From: an uncultured Acidobacteriota bacterium
Lineage (GTDB): Bacteria; Acidobacteriota; UBA6911; RPQK01; JAPXNP01
Direction: 5' to 3'
Length of the DNA: 64,000 nucleotides
Assembly (NCBI GenBank): GCA_963777605.1
Contig: CAVZRV010000007.1
Coordinates: 672,001-736,000, forward strand
The position numbers and the translations under genes were made by a program. Numbering within the stretch: the first letter of the stretch is position 1; every line of letters begins with the position of its first letter. Under the pieces are notes generated by a model. It did no database searches, was not told the origin of the DNA, and saw only the letters and a program-made list of their open reading frames with translations. This document shows, piece by piece, positions 19,631 through 29,094 of the stretch.

Positions 19631-20920
19631 TCACTCTTCCCCCGGGGTGGACAACAACCGGAGGCACTCGAGCACGGCACGGCCGTTGTGGTAGGGGCTT
19701 TTCCAGGGTCCCGCTTTGAGGCCGCTGGTTGAGCCGTCCGGTTCCACAGTGGCGAACCAATCCCCGTTCTCCCAGTCAACCTGGCGACTGACAATCCAGT
19801 TCAACATGGCGGCAAACAGGTTCCTGTATTTCTCGTCGCCGGTTCTGAGGAACATGCGCAGCGATCCGACCATGACTTCTGCCTGGACCCACCATGACTT
19901 CTCCCGGTTCTCGGCCGGCTGGTTGAACGGACCCACATAGAAAAACCCGCCCTGTTCCGGGTCGAGGCCGTATTCGGTCGAGTAGTCGAACAACGTTCTG
20001 TACAGGTCGAGGAACGGGCCGTCCGGAAGAGCCACGCTGTCACAAGCATCCATCAGGAGCCAGACATTCTCCAGGTCGTGCCCGTACGACGCAACCTCCC
20101 GGGCGGGTCCGGTCAACGGTCTCCAGTCTCGCTCGTGTTGGTCAGAACAGGCTCCCACCCGCTTGCGCACCACGGCGCTGGTCTCGATCGTGATCAACTC
20201 GAGCAGTCGCTCCCGCACCAGCACGTCGCGGGTGACCCGGTAGTACGAGGCCAATGCCTCCATCAGGTGAAGGTGCGAATTCATCGACTTGACGCGATTC
20301 GGCGTTCCCAGGTAGCTCCTCTCCGAATCGTCGATCGGTGTCCAGTCCCGTTCGAATGACTCCCTGTAGCCACCAAATGCAGGATCATAGGCATGAGTCT
20401 CGAGCACCTGAAACGTCTTGCGGGCGAGGTCGAGAACATCCGCTCGGGGCGCGGCCCGGTACAGTTCGGAGAGAGCATAAAGTGCGAACGACTGGCCGTA
20501 GATATGCTTCTTCTCCATAACGGGCTTCTCTCCTCTCTCGTCCACCATCCAGAAGAAGCCCCCGTACTCGGGGTCCCACATCTTGTCGGCCAGAAATCGA
20601 AAGCCGTGCAAGGCCGCTTCGACATGTTCCGGCCTGCCGTAAGGCGAGTTCGCCAGGCGGGCGAAGAACCAGACCGTCCGGCTCTGGGTCACGAGGGCCT
20701 TTGGACCGGGCCCCAGCCATTGCCCATTCTTGTCGTGGTTGAGACGAAAACCTCCCGTCTCCCGATCGATACATCCCGGGAACCAAAACGGTATGATGTT
20801 TTGCGTGAGGATTCGTTCCAGTTCGGCTTTTGCCTGCGAGTCAGCGAGCGGTGCTGCTCCCGGAATGCTCGACATCAGGCAGGTCACCAGTGTGAAGATA
20901 AAAATGGAGGTTCTGGTCAC
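19631..20920 (-). CDS. AGE family epimerase (cellobiose/N-acylglucosamine 2-epimerase-like) with signal peptide
   Basis: DPEYGGFFW, YGQSFALY, KSMNSHLHLMEA, SYGHDLE, WWVQAE, WKSPYHNGRA. Confidence 0.9.
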   Translation of the reverse strand: MTRTSIFIFTLVTCLMSSIPGAAPLADSQAKAELERILTQNIIPFWFPGCIDRETGGFRLNHDKNGQWLGPGPKALVTQSRTVWFFARLANSPYGRPEHVEAALHGFRFLADKMWDPEYGGFFWMVDERGEKPVMEKKHIYGQSFALYALSELYRAAPRADVLDLARKTFQVLETHAYDPAFGGYRESFERDWTPIDDSERSYLGTPNRVKSMNSHLHLMEALASYYRVTRDVLVRERLLELITIETSAVVRKRVGACSDQHERDWRPLTGPAREVASYGHDLENVWLLMDACDSVALPDGPFLDLYRTLFDYSTEYGLDPEQGGFFYVGPFNQPAENREKSWWVQAEVMVGSLRMFLRTGDEKYRNLFAAMLNWIVSRQVDWENGDWFATVEPDGSTSGLKAGPWKSPYHNGRAVLECLRLLSTPGEE

Positions 20921-21028
20921 CCGCGAATCTTAGCACTGTGGCAATCAAATCGGGTCGGCCAATTTTCGAAGACTTCCCGCTAGACGGCCGCGCCGTCCCC
21001 GGTTGCCGAAACCAGTGAATTGGAGACC

Positions 21029-21217
21029 ATGCGATACATCATTCTCTTCCTGGTCGTGATTTGCATCGTTCTATGGCTGGAACGGTATTACTGGAGAAGA
21101 GTGGCGCAACTGATGGAAGCCCGCCTGCTCGGCACCCACCGTTCCGAGCTCGTGAAGAGCCTCCTCGATGCCTGGATTGACGGCCGCATCGAAGCCCGCC
21201 TGCGTAAGCGCCAGTAA
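21029..21217 (+). CDS. Small single-TM hypothetical protein
   Basis: GGAG SD; MRYIILFLVVICIVLWL hydrophobic helix followed by a basic tail. Confidence 0.5.
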   Translation: MRYIILFLVVICIVLWLERYYWRRVAQLMEARLLGTHRSELVKSLLDAWIDGRIEARLRKRQ

Positions 21218-21235
21218 GCGCGCGATTCTTCCGAA

Positions 21236-21253
21236 TTGTCACATTTCTGTAAC
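21236..21253 (+). promoter_or_regulatory. Pho box (PhoB-type binding site)
   Basis: TTGTCAC-ATTT-CTGTAAC, an 11-bp direct repeat resembling the CTGTCAT-N4-CTGTCAY consensus, about 205 nt upstream of pstS. Confidence 0.75.
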
Positions 21254-21458
21254 ATTTTCTGCCTGCACCGTTGGGCCGGCAATGAAACTCCGGTCCGAGG
21301 AAGGCCGTTCCACCAAGGTTTCCGCTGATTTCTAATGAAAATCGGCATTTCCGGGCCCCTTCCGGAGACCCGCGAGCCGGCTGATCATTAGGGTATGCTG
21401 CTGTCGCCTTCGGCAATCGAAGGTCGGGTTGTGTCCTTTGTATGCAGGGGTAATTTAT

Positions 21459-22335
21459 ATGAAAAGAAAACTGATCTTGCTTGCTCTAGCTCTGATTGTC
21501 TCCGCCTGTTCCCGTTCCGAACACGCGAATCGGGTGGTGATTCAAAACAAGGGGTCCGACACTCTGGTGAACGTCGCTCAGGCTTGGGCCGAAGCATACC
21601 GCGGAGTTAATCCGAACGTGGCGGTCGCGGTAACCGGAGGTGGTTCGGGGACCGGCATTTCGGCGATGATCAACGGAACGGTCGATATTGCCAACGCCAG
21701 CCGCGAAATGAGCGAGAGCGAAATCGAGATGGCGCGCAAGAATGGTCACGACCCCAAGAAATTCATTGTCGGCTACGACGCGCTGGCCGTCTATCTCAAC
21801 CCCAACAACCCGATCTCGTCCTTCACTTTTCAGCAACTGGCCGACATCTACGGAGAGGGGGGGGGCGCCGACAACTGGAGCGATCTCGGGGTGGAGGTTC
21901 CCGGTTGCAGCAGTAGTGAAATCGTCCGGGTGAGCCGGCAGAACAATTCCGGGACCTACGTCTACTTCAAGGAATCGATCCTGGGCGATTCCCGGGATTA
22001 CAAACTGGGTTCGCGGGACATGCACGGGTCCAAGGATGTTGTCGATCTGGTCGCCAAGACACCTTGTGCCATCGGCTACAGTGGACTGGCCTACTCGACT
22101 CCGGAAGTGAAAATGCCCTGCGTTTCAAAAGAAGCAGGGCAGCCCCTGTGTCGAGCCGTCAGAGCAGACCGCGAGCGATGGAACCTACCCCATCGCTCGT
22201 CCTTTGATGATGTACACGAGCGGCGAACCCCAGGGAGCGGTCAAGGAGTACATGGACTGGATCCTCAGTGATGCAGGCCAGTGCATCATCATGGAAAAGG
22301 GATACGCTCCGATCCGCCAGGTTAATTGCAACTAA
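21459..22335 (+). pseudogene. pstS: Phosphate ABC transporter substrate-binding lipoprotein, frameshifted near 22143-22146 (possibly an assembly error)
   Basis: Lipobox VSAC; GSDT, GGGSGTG, ASR, SRQNNSGT motifs. Removing one C from CCCC restores ...CVEPSEQTASDGTYPIARPLMMYT...KGYAPIRQVNCN* (stop at 22335). Confidence 0.9.
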
Positions 22336-22406
22336 ATCGTGTCCTGGTGACGGGTTAAAAGGTCGTCCGAGCACCGTCGGCTCGTTGTAGAAACGGCTTT
22401 CCGTTT

Positions 22407-23342
22407 ATGGCAGTCAACACAGCATCCAGCGCACGACAAACAAGACAAATTGGAGACGGAAGAAACCTTGCCTGGTACGTGGACAAACTCGTCCAGGTGC
22501 TGGTGTTCCTCGGCGGCATCTCGGGAATCGTTTTCGTCATCGGTATCTTTGTCTTCATCACCATGGAGGGTATCGGGTTCATCCTGCACCGGATGGACTT
22601 TTTGGAATTCTTCACTTCGCCGCGGTGGCGCCCGACCTCTCAGCACAACCCTACCTACGGTGCGCTGGCACTGATCCTCGGAACCGCCAGTGTGACCGGC
22701 CTGGCAATGGTGATTTCGGTTCCCTTTTCGCTGGGAGCTGCCATCTTCATAGCAGAATTCGCCAGGGGCCGACTCAGGGAAGCGTTAAAGATCCTGGTCG
22801 AACTGCTGGCCGCAATCCCTTCCGTGGTCTGGGGATTCATCGGCCTGAGCATCATGAACCCACTCATAATCGAGCTGTTCAACGTGCCGGTCGGGCTCAA
22901 CATTCTCAACGCGGGGCTGATCCTCGGGCTGATGGCCGCCCCGATCATGACCACAATCGCGGAAGATGCCCTCAAGGCGGTCCCTGACACCTACCGGGAG
23001 GCGGCGGAAGCACTCGGGGCAACGCGTTGGCAGATCATTTACAAAGTGATCCTGCCGGCGGCAAAGAACGGACTGGTTGCCGCGGTGCTCCTTGGCGTCG
23101 GCCGAGGTTTTGGGGAGACCATGGCCGTTCTCATGGCCAGCGGGCACTCGATTCATATACCGACCAGCATCTTCGATTCAGTCCGAGCGCTGACCGCCAC
23201 AATCGCGGCGGAACTGGGTGAAGCGCCGGTCGGATCCGATCACTATCGCGCCCTGTTCACACTCGGAATCCTTTTGTTCATCGTGACTTTCGCGATTAAC
23301 CTGACGGCGGATCTCGTCCTCCGCGGGATCCGCAAGAGGTAA
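22407..23342 (+). CDS. pstC: Phosphate ABC transporter permease
   Basis: ELLAAIPSVVWG, EAAEALGATRW, GRGFGETMAVLM. Confidence 0.95.
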   Translation: MAVNTASSARQTRQIGDGRNLAWYVDKLVQVLVFLGGISGIVFVIGIFVFITMEGIGFILHRMDFLEFFTSPRWRPTSQHNPTYGALALILGTASVTGLAMVISVPFSLGAAIFIAEFARGRLREALKILVELLAAIPSVVWGFIGLSIMNPLIIELFNVPVGLNILNAGLILGLMAAPIMTTIAEDALKAVPDTYREAAEALGATRWQIIYKVILPAAKNGLVAAVLLGVGRGFGETMAVLMASGHSIHIPTSIFDSVRALTATIAAELGEAPVGSDHYRALFTLGILLFIVTFAINLTADLVLRGIRKR

Positions 23343-23345
23343 CCG

Positions 23346-24215
23346 ATGTTCCAGGCAAGCAGTCTCAACGAGCGCAACCGGAAGAATGAGCGTCTGTTCC
23401 GAATGCTCTTTCTGATCATGACGCTCCTCCTGATCTTGCCCGTTCTGATCATCCTCGGTGTGCTGGTCTACAAGGGAGGGCCAAGGATTTCCCTTGAGTT
23501 CCTGTTCACCGAACCCACCCAGGGCATGACTGCCGGAGGAATCTTCCCGGCCCTGATTGGAACGGTCTGGCTGGTCAGCGTTGCCCTGCTCGTCTCGGTA
23601 CCAATCGGAGTGGCCGCAGCCCTCTACCTGAGCGAGTACGCGCCCGATAACTGGTTGACCCGGATCATCAACCTGGCCGTCATCAACCTGGCCGGCGTTC
23701 CGTCGATCGTTCATGCCCTCTTCGGTTTTGGGGCTTTCGTGATCTTCTTCGGGTTCGGAACCAGCATTATCGCCGCGAGCCTCACGCTTGCGGTGATGAC
23801 ACTCCCCGTCGTGATCGTCTCTACCCGGGAGGCGCTGCAATCGGTACCGAGGGCCTTTAGGGAGGCCTGCTGGAACATGGGTGCGACACGGTGGCAGACG
23901 ATCCGGACGGTGGTGCTGCCCAACTCGGTCAGCGGCATCCTGACCGGTATCATCCTGGAAGTCTCGCGGACGGCGGGAGAAACCGCTCCCATCATGTTCA
24001 CCGGCGCAGCCTTCTTTCTTCCTTTCCTGCCCCAGAGCATCTTTGACGAGACGATGGCACTCTCACTCCACCTCTTTGTCATCTCGACCCAGGTTCCCGG
24101 AGTACCGGAAGAAACTTCCTACGGAGTGGCACTGGTTCTGATCGGAATCGTGCTGGCCATGAATGCCCTCTCCATCGCGTTTCGCGTTTACCTGCGGGGG
24201 AAGAAGAAGTGGTAG
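23346..24215 (+). CDS. pstA: Phosphate ABC transporter permease
   Basis: GGIFPALIGT, YLSEYA, NLAGVPSIV, SRTAGETAP. Confidence 0.95.
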   Translation: MFQASSLNERNRKNERLFRMLFLIMTLLLILPVLIILGVLVYKGGPRISLEFLFTEPTQGMTAGGIFPALIGTVWLVSVALLVSVPIGVAAALYLSEYAPDNWLTRIINLAVINLAGVPSIVHALFGFGAFVIFFGFGTSIIAASLTLAVMTLPVVIVSTREALQSVPRAFREACWNMGATRWQTIRTVVLPNSVSGILTGIILEVSRTAGETAPIMFTGAAFFLPFLPQSIFDETMALSLHLFVISTQVPGVPEETSYGVALVLIGIVLAMNALSIAFRVYLRGKKKW

Positions 24216-24985
24216 ATTCCTCCAGTTCCTCGCCGGCAAAACTCCAGGTCCGGGACCTCTCCGTCTCCTACGGAGACAAACCCGCCCTTCGCAACGTCAC
24301 CCTGGATGTATACGACCAGGAGATCTTCGGGATCATCGGACCGGCCAACGCAGGGAAGACCTCCTTCCTGCGGACGCTCAATCGCATGGACGAGTTCGAA
24401 CCCCACATGAAGGTCACCGGTTCGGTCGTGTTCGACGGAACCGACGTTCGAAAGTGGAAGAATGTCTACAGCCTCCGGCGTCGAATTGGCGTGGTGTTCC
24501 CACTCCCGGTAGGTCTTCCCCTCAGCGTCTACAACAATGTTGCTCTGGCTCCTCGCCTTTCCGGCGTCCGCGACAGGCGGGTTCTGGACGAACTGGTCGA
24601 ACGCTGCCTGAAACGGGCGGCTCTCTGGGACGAAGTCAAGGACCGCCTGAACTCTCTGGGAAGCCTTCTTTCGGGTGGCCAGCAACAACGACTCACCATC
24701 GCCCGGGCACTGTCGCAGGATCCCGATCTCCTCCTGCTGGACGAATTCTCCATCGCAGTCGACCCGGTGACAACGATGCGAATTGAAGACGTTCTGAAGG
24801 AACTGCGGGAAGAGATCACGGTAATCCTGGTGACCAACCTGGTTCAGCAGGCCCGCCGCCTCGCCGACCGGACCGCCTTCTTTCTCGACGGTGAGTGCGT
24901 CGAGATCGGCAGCACCGCGGACCTGTTCGAAGGAGTGGTCCAGGACCAACGCACCAAAGACTACCTGGAGGGCCGCTTTGGATAG
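24209..24985 (+). CDS. pstB: Phosphate ABC transporter ATP-binding subunit 1 (degenerate Q-loop and H-loop)
   Basis: GPANAGKT, LSGGQQQRL, LLLDEF, VTN in place of VTH; C-terminal YLEGRFG. Confidence 0.9.
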   Translation: MVDSSSSSPAKLQVRDLSVSYGDKPALRNVTLDVYDQEIFGIIGPANAGKTSFLRTLNRMDEFEPHMKVTGSVVFDGTDVRKWKNVYSLRRRIGVVFPLPVGLPLSVYNNVALAPRLSGVRDRRVLDELVERCLKRAALWDEVKDRLNSLGSLLSGGQQQRLTIARALSQDPDLLLLDEFSIAVDPVTTMRIEDVLKELREEITVILVTNLVQQARRLADRTAFFLDGECVEIGSTADLFEGVVQDQRTKDYLEGRFG

Positions 24986-25745
24986 TCAGGCAGCAATCCA
25001 GACCGAGAAGCTGAATCTCTGGTACGGAACGTTTCAGGCCCTGATCGACATCGATCTGACTGTGAAACAGGGCCTGATCACCGCCCTCATCGGGCCTTCG
25101 GGGTGCGGGAAGACTACGCTTCTGCGAAGTATCAACAGGATCAACGAGCGACTGGGCTACGTTCGGACGACCGGCAAGATCGAGGTCATGGGCCATGACA
25201 TCTACCAGCCCTCGGTTGAACTGGTCCAGGTCCGAAAGCTGGTCGGGATGGTCTTCCAGCGGCCCAATCCGTTGCCGCTGTCGATTCGCGACAACGTCCT
25301 GTTTGGATACCGAGTGCACTCGGAGAAACGCTCCAACCGGGTTCTGGAAGAGGAACTGTTGGAGAAATCATTGCGGGAAGTGGTCCTTTGGGATGCCGTG
25401 AAGGACAGGCTCGACAGCAAGGCGACCGAACTTTCGCTGGAGCAACAGCAGAAGCTCTGCATCGCTCGACTGCTTCCGGTTAAACCTTCAATTGTCCTCA
25501 TGGACGAACCCTGTTCGGCGTTGGATCCGCGGGCAACCGAGGCGGTGGAGGAACTGCTCTGGTCACTCCGCGGCGAATACACCATCGTCATCGTGACCCA
25601 CAACATGGCCCAGGCCCGGCGCGCCAGTGACGAGTGCATCTTCATGCTCATGGGGAAGATGATCGAGCACGCGCCGACCGAACAGATGTTCGTCGTTCCG
25701 GCCCAGCGTCAGACGGCGGACTACATCGAGGGCCGTTACGGATAG
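24978..25745 (+). CDS. pstB: Phosphate ABC transporter ATP-binding subunit 2 (degenerate signature motif)
   Basis: GPSGCGKT, GMVFQRPNP, LSLEQQQKL, MDEPCSALDP, VTHNMAQA, YIEGRYG. TTG start at 24978 inferred. Confidence 0.9.
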   Translation: MDSQAAIQTEKLNLWYGTFQALIDIDLTVKQGLITALIGPSGCGKTTLLRSINRINERLGYVRTTGKIEVMGHDIYQPSVELVQVRKLVGMVFQRPNPLPLSIRDNVLFGYRVHSEKRSNRVLEEELLEKSLREVVLWDAVKDRLDSKATELSLEQQQKLCIARLLPVKPSIVLMDEPCSALDPRATEAVEELLWSLRGEYTIVIVTHNMAQARRASDECIFMLMGKMIEHAPTEQMFVVPAQRQTADYIEGRYG

Positions 25746-25748
25746 CCC

Positions 25749-27023
25749 TCAAGCCATCGGGTAGGCGGCCATCTCGGCAAAGGTCTCGTAAAGCGCAAGA
25801 ACGTTTTCGGGAGGGACCCGGGGTTGCACGTTGTGGATCGTGTTGAATACGAATCCGCCACCAGGCCCGAAGATCCTCATCCGGCTGCCGACTTCGTCGC
25901 GCACCTCTTCCGGAGTCCCAAACGGCAGCGTCTTCTGGGTATCCACAGCACCGCCCCAGAAGGTAACCTGGTCCCCGAAGTCCCGCTTCAGTTCTCCGGC
26001 ATCCATGTTGGCGGCACTGCATTGAACCGGGTTCAGAATGTCGAATCCGGCCTCGATAAAGTGAGGGATCAGTTGTCTCACCGACCCGCACGAATGGATG
26101 AACGTCTTCCAGGTCGTGTGCTCGTGAACCCAGTCATTCAACTTCCGCTGAAAGGGCAGATAGAGATCGCAGTAGTCCCGAGGCGACAGGAACGGGCCCA
26201 ACTGAGTCCCAAAATCGGTTCCCGACATGAAGATCACCGCCGGACGGTTGCCTACCGCTTCGTGGGCGCGTCTGAGATTTTCCAATGCGATTTCAGCCTG
26301 GCGCCGAAAGACCTCCCGGACGTAATCCCGGCGAATCGCCAGGCTCATGTACCACTCAGTCATGTCTCGAATACCCCTCGGGTTCTTCATCCAGGGCCCG
26401 GGCACGAGAGCGATGTCCCCAAAAGCAGTTCCCCCGAAGTTGACCAGGATCCCCTTGTCGCTTTCGGTCCAGATACGATCGACTTCGCGCGAGAAATGTT
26501 CCAGTTCCTGGTCGGAGATTGGCCCGAATTCCTCCAGGTTCTCTTCGATATCGAGGGCCTCTTCATCGATCGGCGGTTGCCGGACGATAGTATCGAAGTA
26601 GTACCCGCCCTCCGGCATGCGCCCGCTGGGCGGAGCAGTCAAGTCTCCCTCTGGATAGGCCAGCAGATCACCATTTTCCTCGACGGACGTATTGAACCCC
26701 TCCGGAACCAGTACCGGAGTTCCGTCAAAGGTCGTCCACGGCTTCCAGTTCTCGTTTCGATAGCCGAACATGTTCGCGGTCGGCCAGACTCCCACCACAT
26801 CCACGCCTAGCCGGTCGGCCAAATCAGGAGCTATCTCCCCAAGCATCTGGTACGGTTCAACGACCTTGACCGGAATCCCGGGTTGATCGAGCCCAAGGCT
26901 CTGTCTCAGGTGATACACCGTGCTCACGTGCATCCCGGTAACAGCGGAACTCCCCAGGTCCAGAGGAACCCGGTCCGACTCGCGATGTGTCAGGGCCGCC
27001 TCAAGTCGTTCTCTAGACGTCAT
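25749..27023 (-). CDS. Uroporphyrinogen decarboxylase-family (MtaA/CmuA-like) protein
   Basis: MTSRERL...DRVPLDLG start; DFGTQ, FIHSCG, LNPVQ, FWGGAVDTQ, HNVQ. Confidence 0.85.
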   Translation of the reverse strand: MTSRERLEAALTHRESDRVPLDLGSSAVTGMHVSTVYHLRQSLGLDQPGIPVKVVEPYQMLGEIAPDLADRLGVDVVGVWPTANMFGYRNENWKPWTTFDGTPVLVPEGFNTSVEENGDLLAYPEGDLTAPPSGRMPEGGYYFDTIVRQPPIDEEALDIEENLEEFGPISDQELEHFSREVDRIWTESDKGILVNFGGTAFGDIALVPGPWMKNPRGIRDMTEWYMSLAIRRDYVREVFRRQAEIALENLRRAHEAVGNRPAVIFMSGTDFGTQLGPFLSPRDYCDLYLPFQRKLNDWVHEHTTWKTFIHSCGSVRQLIPHFIEAGFDILNPVQCSAANMDAGELKRDFGDQVTFWGGAVDTQKTLPFGTPEEVRDEVGSRMRIFGPGGGFVFNTIHNVQPRVPPENVLALYETFAEMAAYPMA

Positions 27024-27024
27024 C

Positions 27025-27798
27025 TCACGCTCCCTTTCTCGCCAGGTTAGTGGCTTCTCGATCCTCCCCTGGGTAGAGACTGAAGACCGTTCGGAAACCT
27101 TGCTTCATGGCATCGGCCAGTTCCGGAAAATCCACCCGCCGCCCCGCCGCCTCAACGACCGAGATCATTCGGCTTTGCAGCATAGCAGGGGAGTATCCCA
27201 GTACCCTCCCCATCTGCTGATAATCGATTTCGATCGGCACCGAGCCATGCTGGAGAACCGACCTGCGCAGGCGCCTCTGCGCACTCCCGGCAACCTTGCG
27301 GCCCTCAACCAGCAGCTCGTAGCGGGACGGCGAGGCAAAGCACGGCTTTTGAACCACTCCGCGGAGCCGAACCGACTCCTCCAGCTCGGCACGGGCAGGC
27401 TGGACCGGCACCCCGACTAGTTCGAGACCCAACTGGAGGGCCTTCGCGATCCGTCGGTAGGTTTCCTCGATCCTACGACCGGTCAACTCTGGATCGTTGG
27501 AAACCACCGCATAGGTGAGTTCGGCACCGTGGAACACAGCCCGTCCCCCGGTCGGACGACGAATCCACGGGATTCCGCGACTTTGGCAATAGCCCAGATC
27601 CAAGGCCCGCGCCACCGTCTGGTGGCGTCCAATCGACACCGCTGCCGGATCCCACTGGTAGAAGCGACACACGGTTATCCGTGACACGCTCTCCTCGGCA
27701 AGGGAAAGCAGCCGGAGGTCCTCCTCCATGTTCCAGTGCCCGTCTCGGGGAGGATCAATTCTCAGACCCATCTGTTTGCCCACCCGGACTCCTCCCAA
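27025..27798 (-). CDS. Lipoate-protein ligase A / LipM family protein
   Basis: NMEED, RRPTGGRAVFH, RKVAGSAQRR, LQHGS. Start uncertain. Confidence 0.88.
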   Translation of the reverse strand: MGGVRVGKQMGLRIDPPRDGHWNMEEDLRLLSLAEESVSRITVCRFYQWDPAAVSIGRHQTVARALDLGYCQSRGIPWIRRPTGGRAVFHGAELTYAVVSNDPELTGRRIEETYRRIAKALQLGLELVGVPVQPARAELEESVRLRGVVQKPCFASPSRYELLVEGRKVAGSAQRRLRRSVLQHGSVPIEIDYQQMGRVLGYSPAMLQSRMISVVEAAGRRVDFPELADAMKQGFRTVFSLYPGEDREATNLARKGA

Positions 27799-27870
27799 AA
27801 CCGCACCTGCAGGACGAAGTTGCCCTCAGCCGCAAGAGAGGTTGCCGCTGCCATCGTCGTTGTTCGCCAC

Positions 27871-28989
27871 CTAAAAGAGATGTTCAACCGAAGTAAAAGG
27901 CACTCCCTGCGCCTCGGATACCGGCCGGCATGTGATTTTGCCCCGGTACACGTTGATCCCGTTCAGCAGGTGGCGGTCTTGTCGAGCCGCTTCGTCGATC
28001 CCCATCGAGGCAATCCGGCGGGCATACGGAAGGGTTACGTTGGTCAGGGCCCGGGTCGATGTCCGGGGCATGGCTCCCGGCATGTTGGTTACACAGTAGT
28101 GAAGGACACCATCCACTTCATAAACGGGATCACTGTGGGTCGTCGGCCGGGTCGTCTCGCAGCATCCTCCCTGGTCAACTGCCACGTCAACAATGACCGA
28201 ACCGGACTTCATGCCGGAAACCATTTCGCGAGTCACGATCTTGGGGGCATTCGCCCCCGGGATCAGAACGCCTCCGATCACCAGGTCCGCTAACTTGAGC
28301 GATTCAGCCACATGCATGGGGTTCGACATCACGGTCTCCACCCTGCCGAAATAGAGATCATCGATATATCGGAGCTTCTCCACGTCCAGGTCGAGGACGC
28401 TGACCTGGGCTCCGAGCCCCATCGCCATCTTGGTCGCGTTGAGGCCAACGATTCCGGCGCCGAGTACCACGACCAGGGCCGGACGCACACCCGGCACTCC
28501 CCCCAGCAGCACTCCCCTGCCGCCGCGGGGCTTCTGCAAGTAATACGTCCCCACGATTGTGGCCATCCGGCCCGCAATCTCGCTCATTGGAGTCAACAAC
28601 GGGAGGTGCCCACGAGGATCGGTAATCGTTTCATAGGCAACCGCGATCACCTTTCGCTCGACCAGCACACGGGTCAACTCCGGCAGTGGAGACAGGTGAA
28701 AATAGCCGAATACGATCTGACCTTCTCTGAGGCGGTGGTACTCTTCAGCCACCGGCTCTTTGACCTTGACGATCAGTTCGGCCTGCTCAAATACATCATC
28801 GGCAGTCGCCAGGATCTCCGCACCCGCTGCCACATACTCTTCGTCGCTGAAACCGGAACCGTCTCCCGCTCCTCTTTCCACAAGGACCTGGTGCCCATCG
28901 CCACAAAGGCTATGTACCCCGGCTGGTACCAAACCCACTCGATACTCGTTGTCTTTGACTTCTCGCGGTAATCCGATGTTCATACTCAT
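27871..28989 (-). CDS. ald: Alanine dehydrogenase
   Basis: [41 protein letters not shown]. Confidence 0.96.
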   Translation of the reverse strand: MSMNIGLPREVKDNEYRVGLVPAGVHSLCGDGHQVLVERGAGDGSGFSDEEYVAAGAEILATADDVFEQAELIVKVKEPVAEEYHRLREGQIVFGYFHLSPLPELTRVLVERKVIAVAYETITDPRGHLPLLTPMSEIAGRMATIVGTYYLQKPRGGRGVLLGGVPGVRPALVVVLGAGIVGLNATKMAMGLGAQVSVLDLDVEKLRYIDDLYFGRVETVMSNPMHVAESLKLADLVIGGVLIPGANAPKIVTREMVSGMKSGSVIVDVAVDQGGCCETTRPTTHSDPVYEVDGVLHYCVTNMPGAMPRTSTRALTNVTLPYARRIASMGIDEAARQDRHLLNGINVYRGKITCRPVSEAQGVPFTSVEHLF

Positions 28990-29023
28990 GCGATTCTAAT
29001 TGCGGGAAATTGAAATGAAAAGA

Positions 29024-29070
29024 GCCCGTGATTCCGCCCCGTTGGGCGAAACCAACGAAGAATCACGGGC
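29024..29070 (-). terminator. Putative terminator downstream of the Do protease gene
   Basis: GCCCGTGATTC...GAATCACGGGC inverted repeat followed on the minus strand by CTCTTTTCATT. Confidence 0.5.
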
Positions 29071-29094
29071 CCTGATATCAGCCTGACCAGCGGG

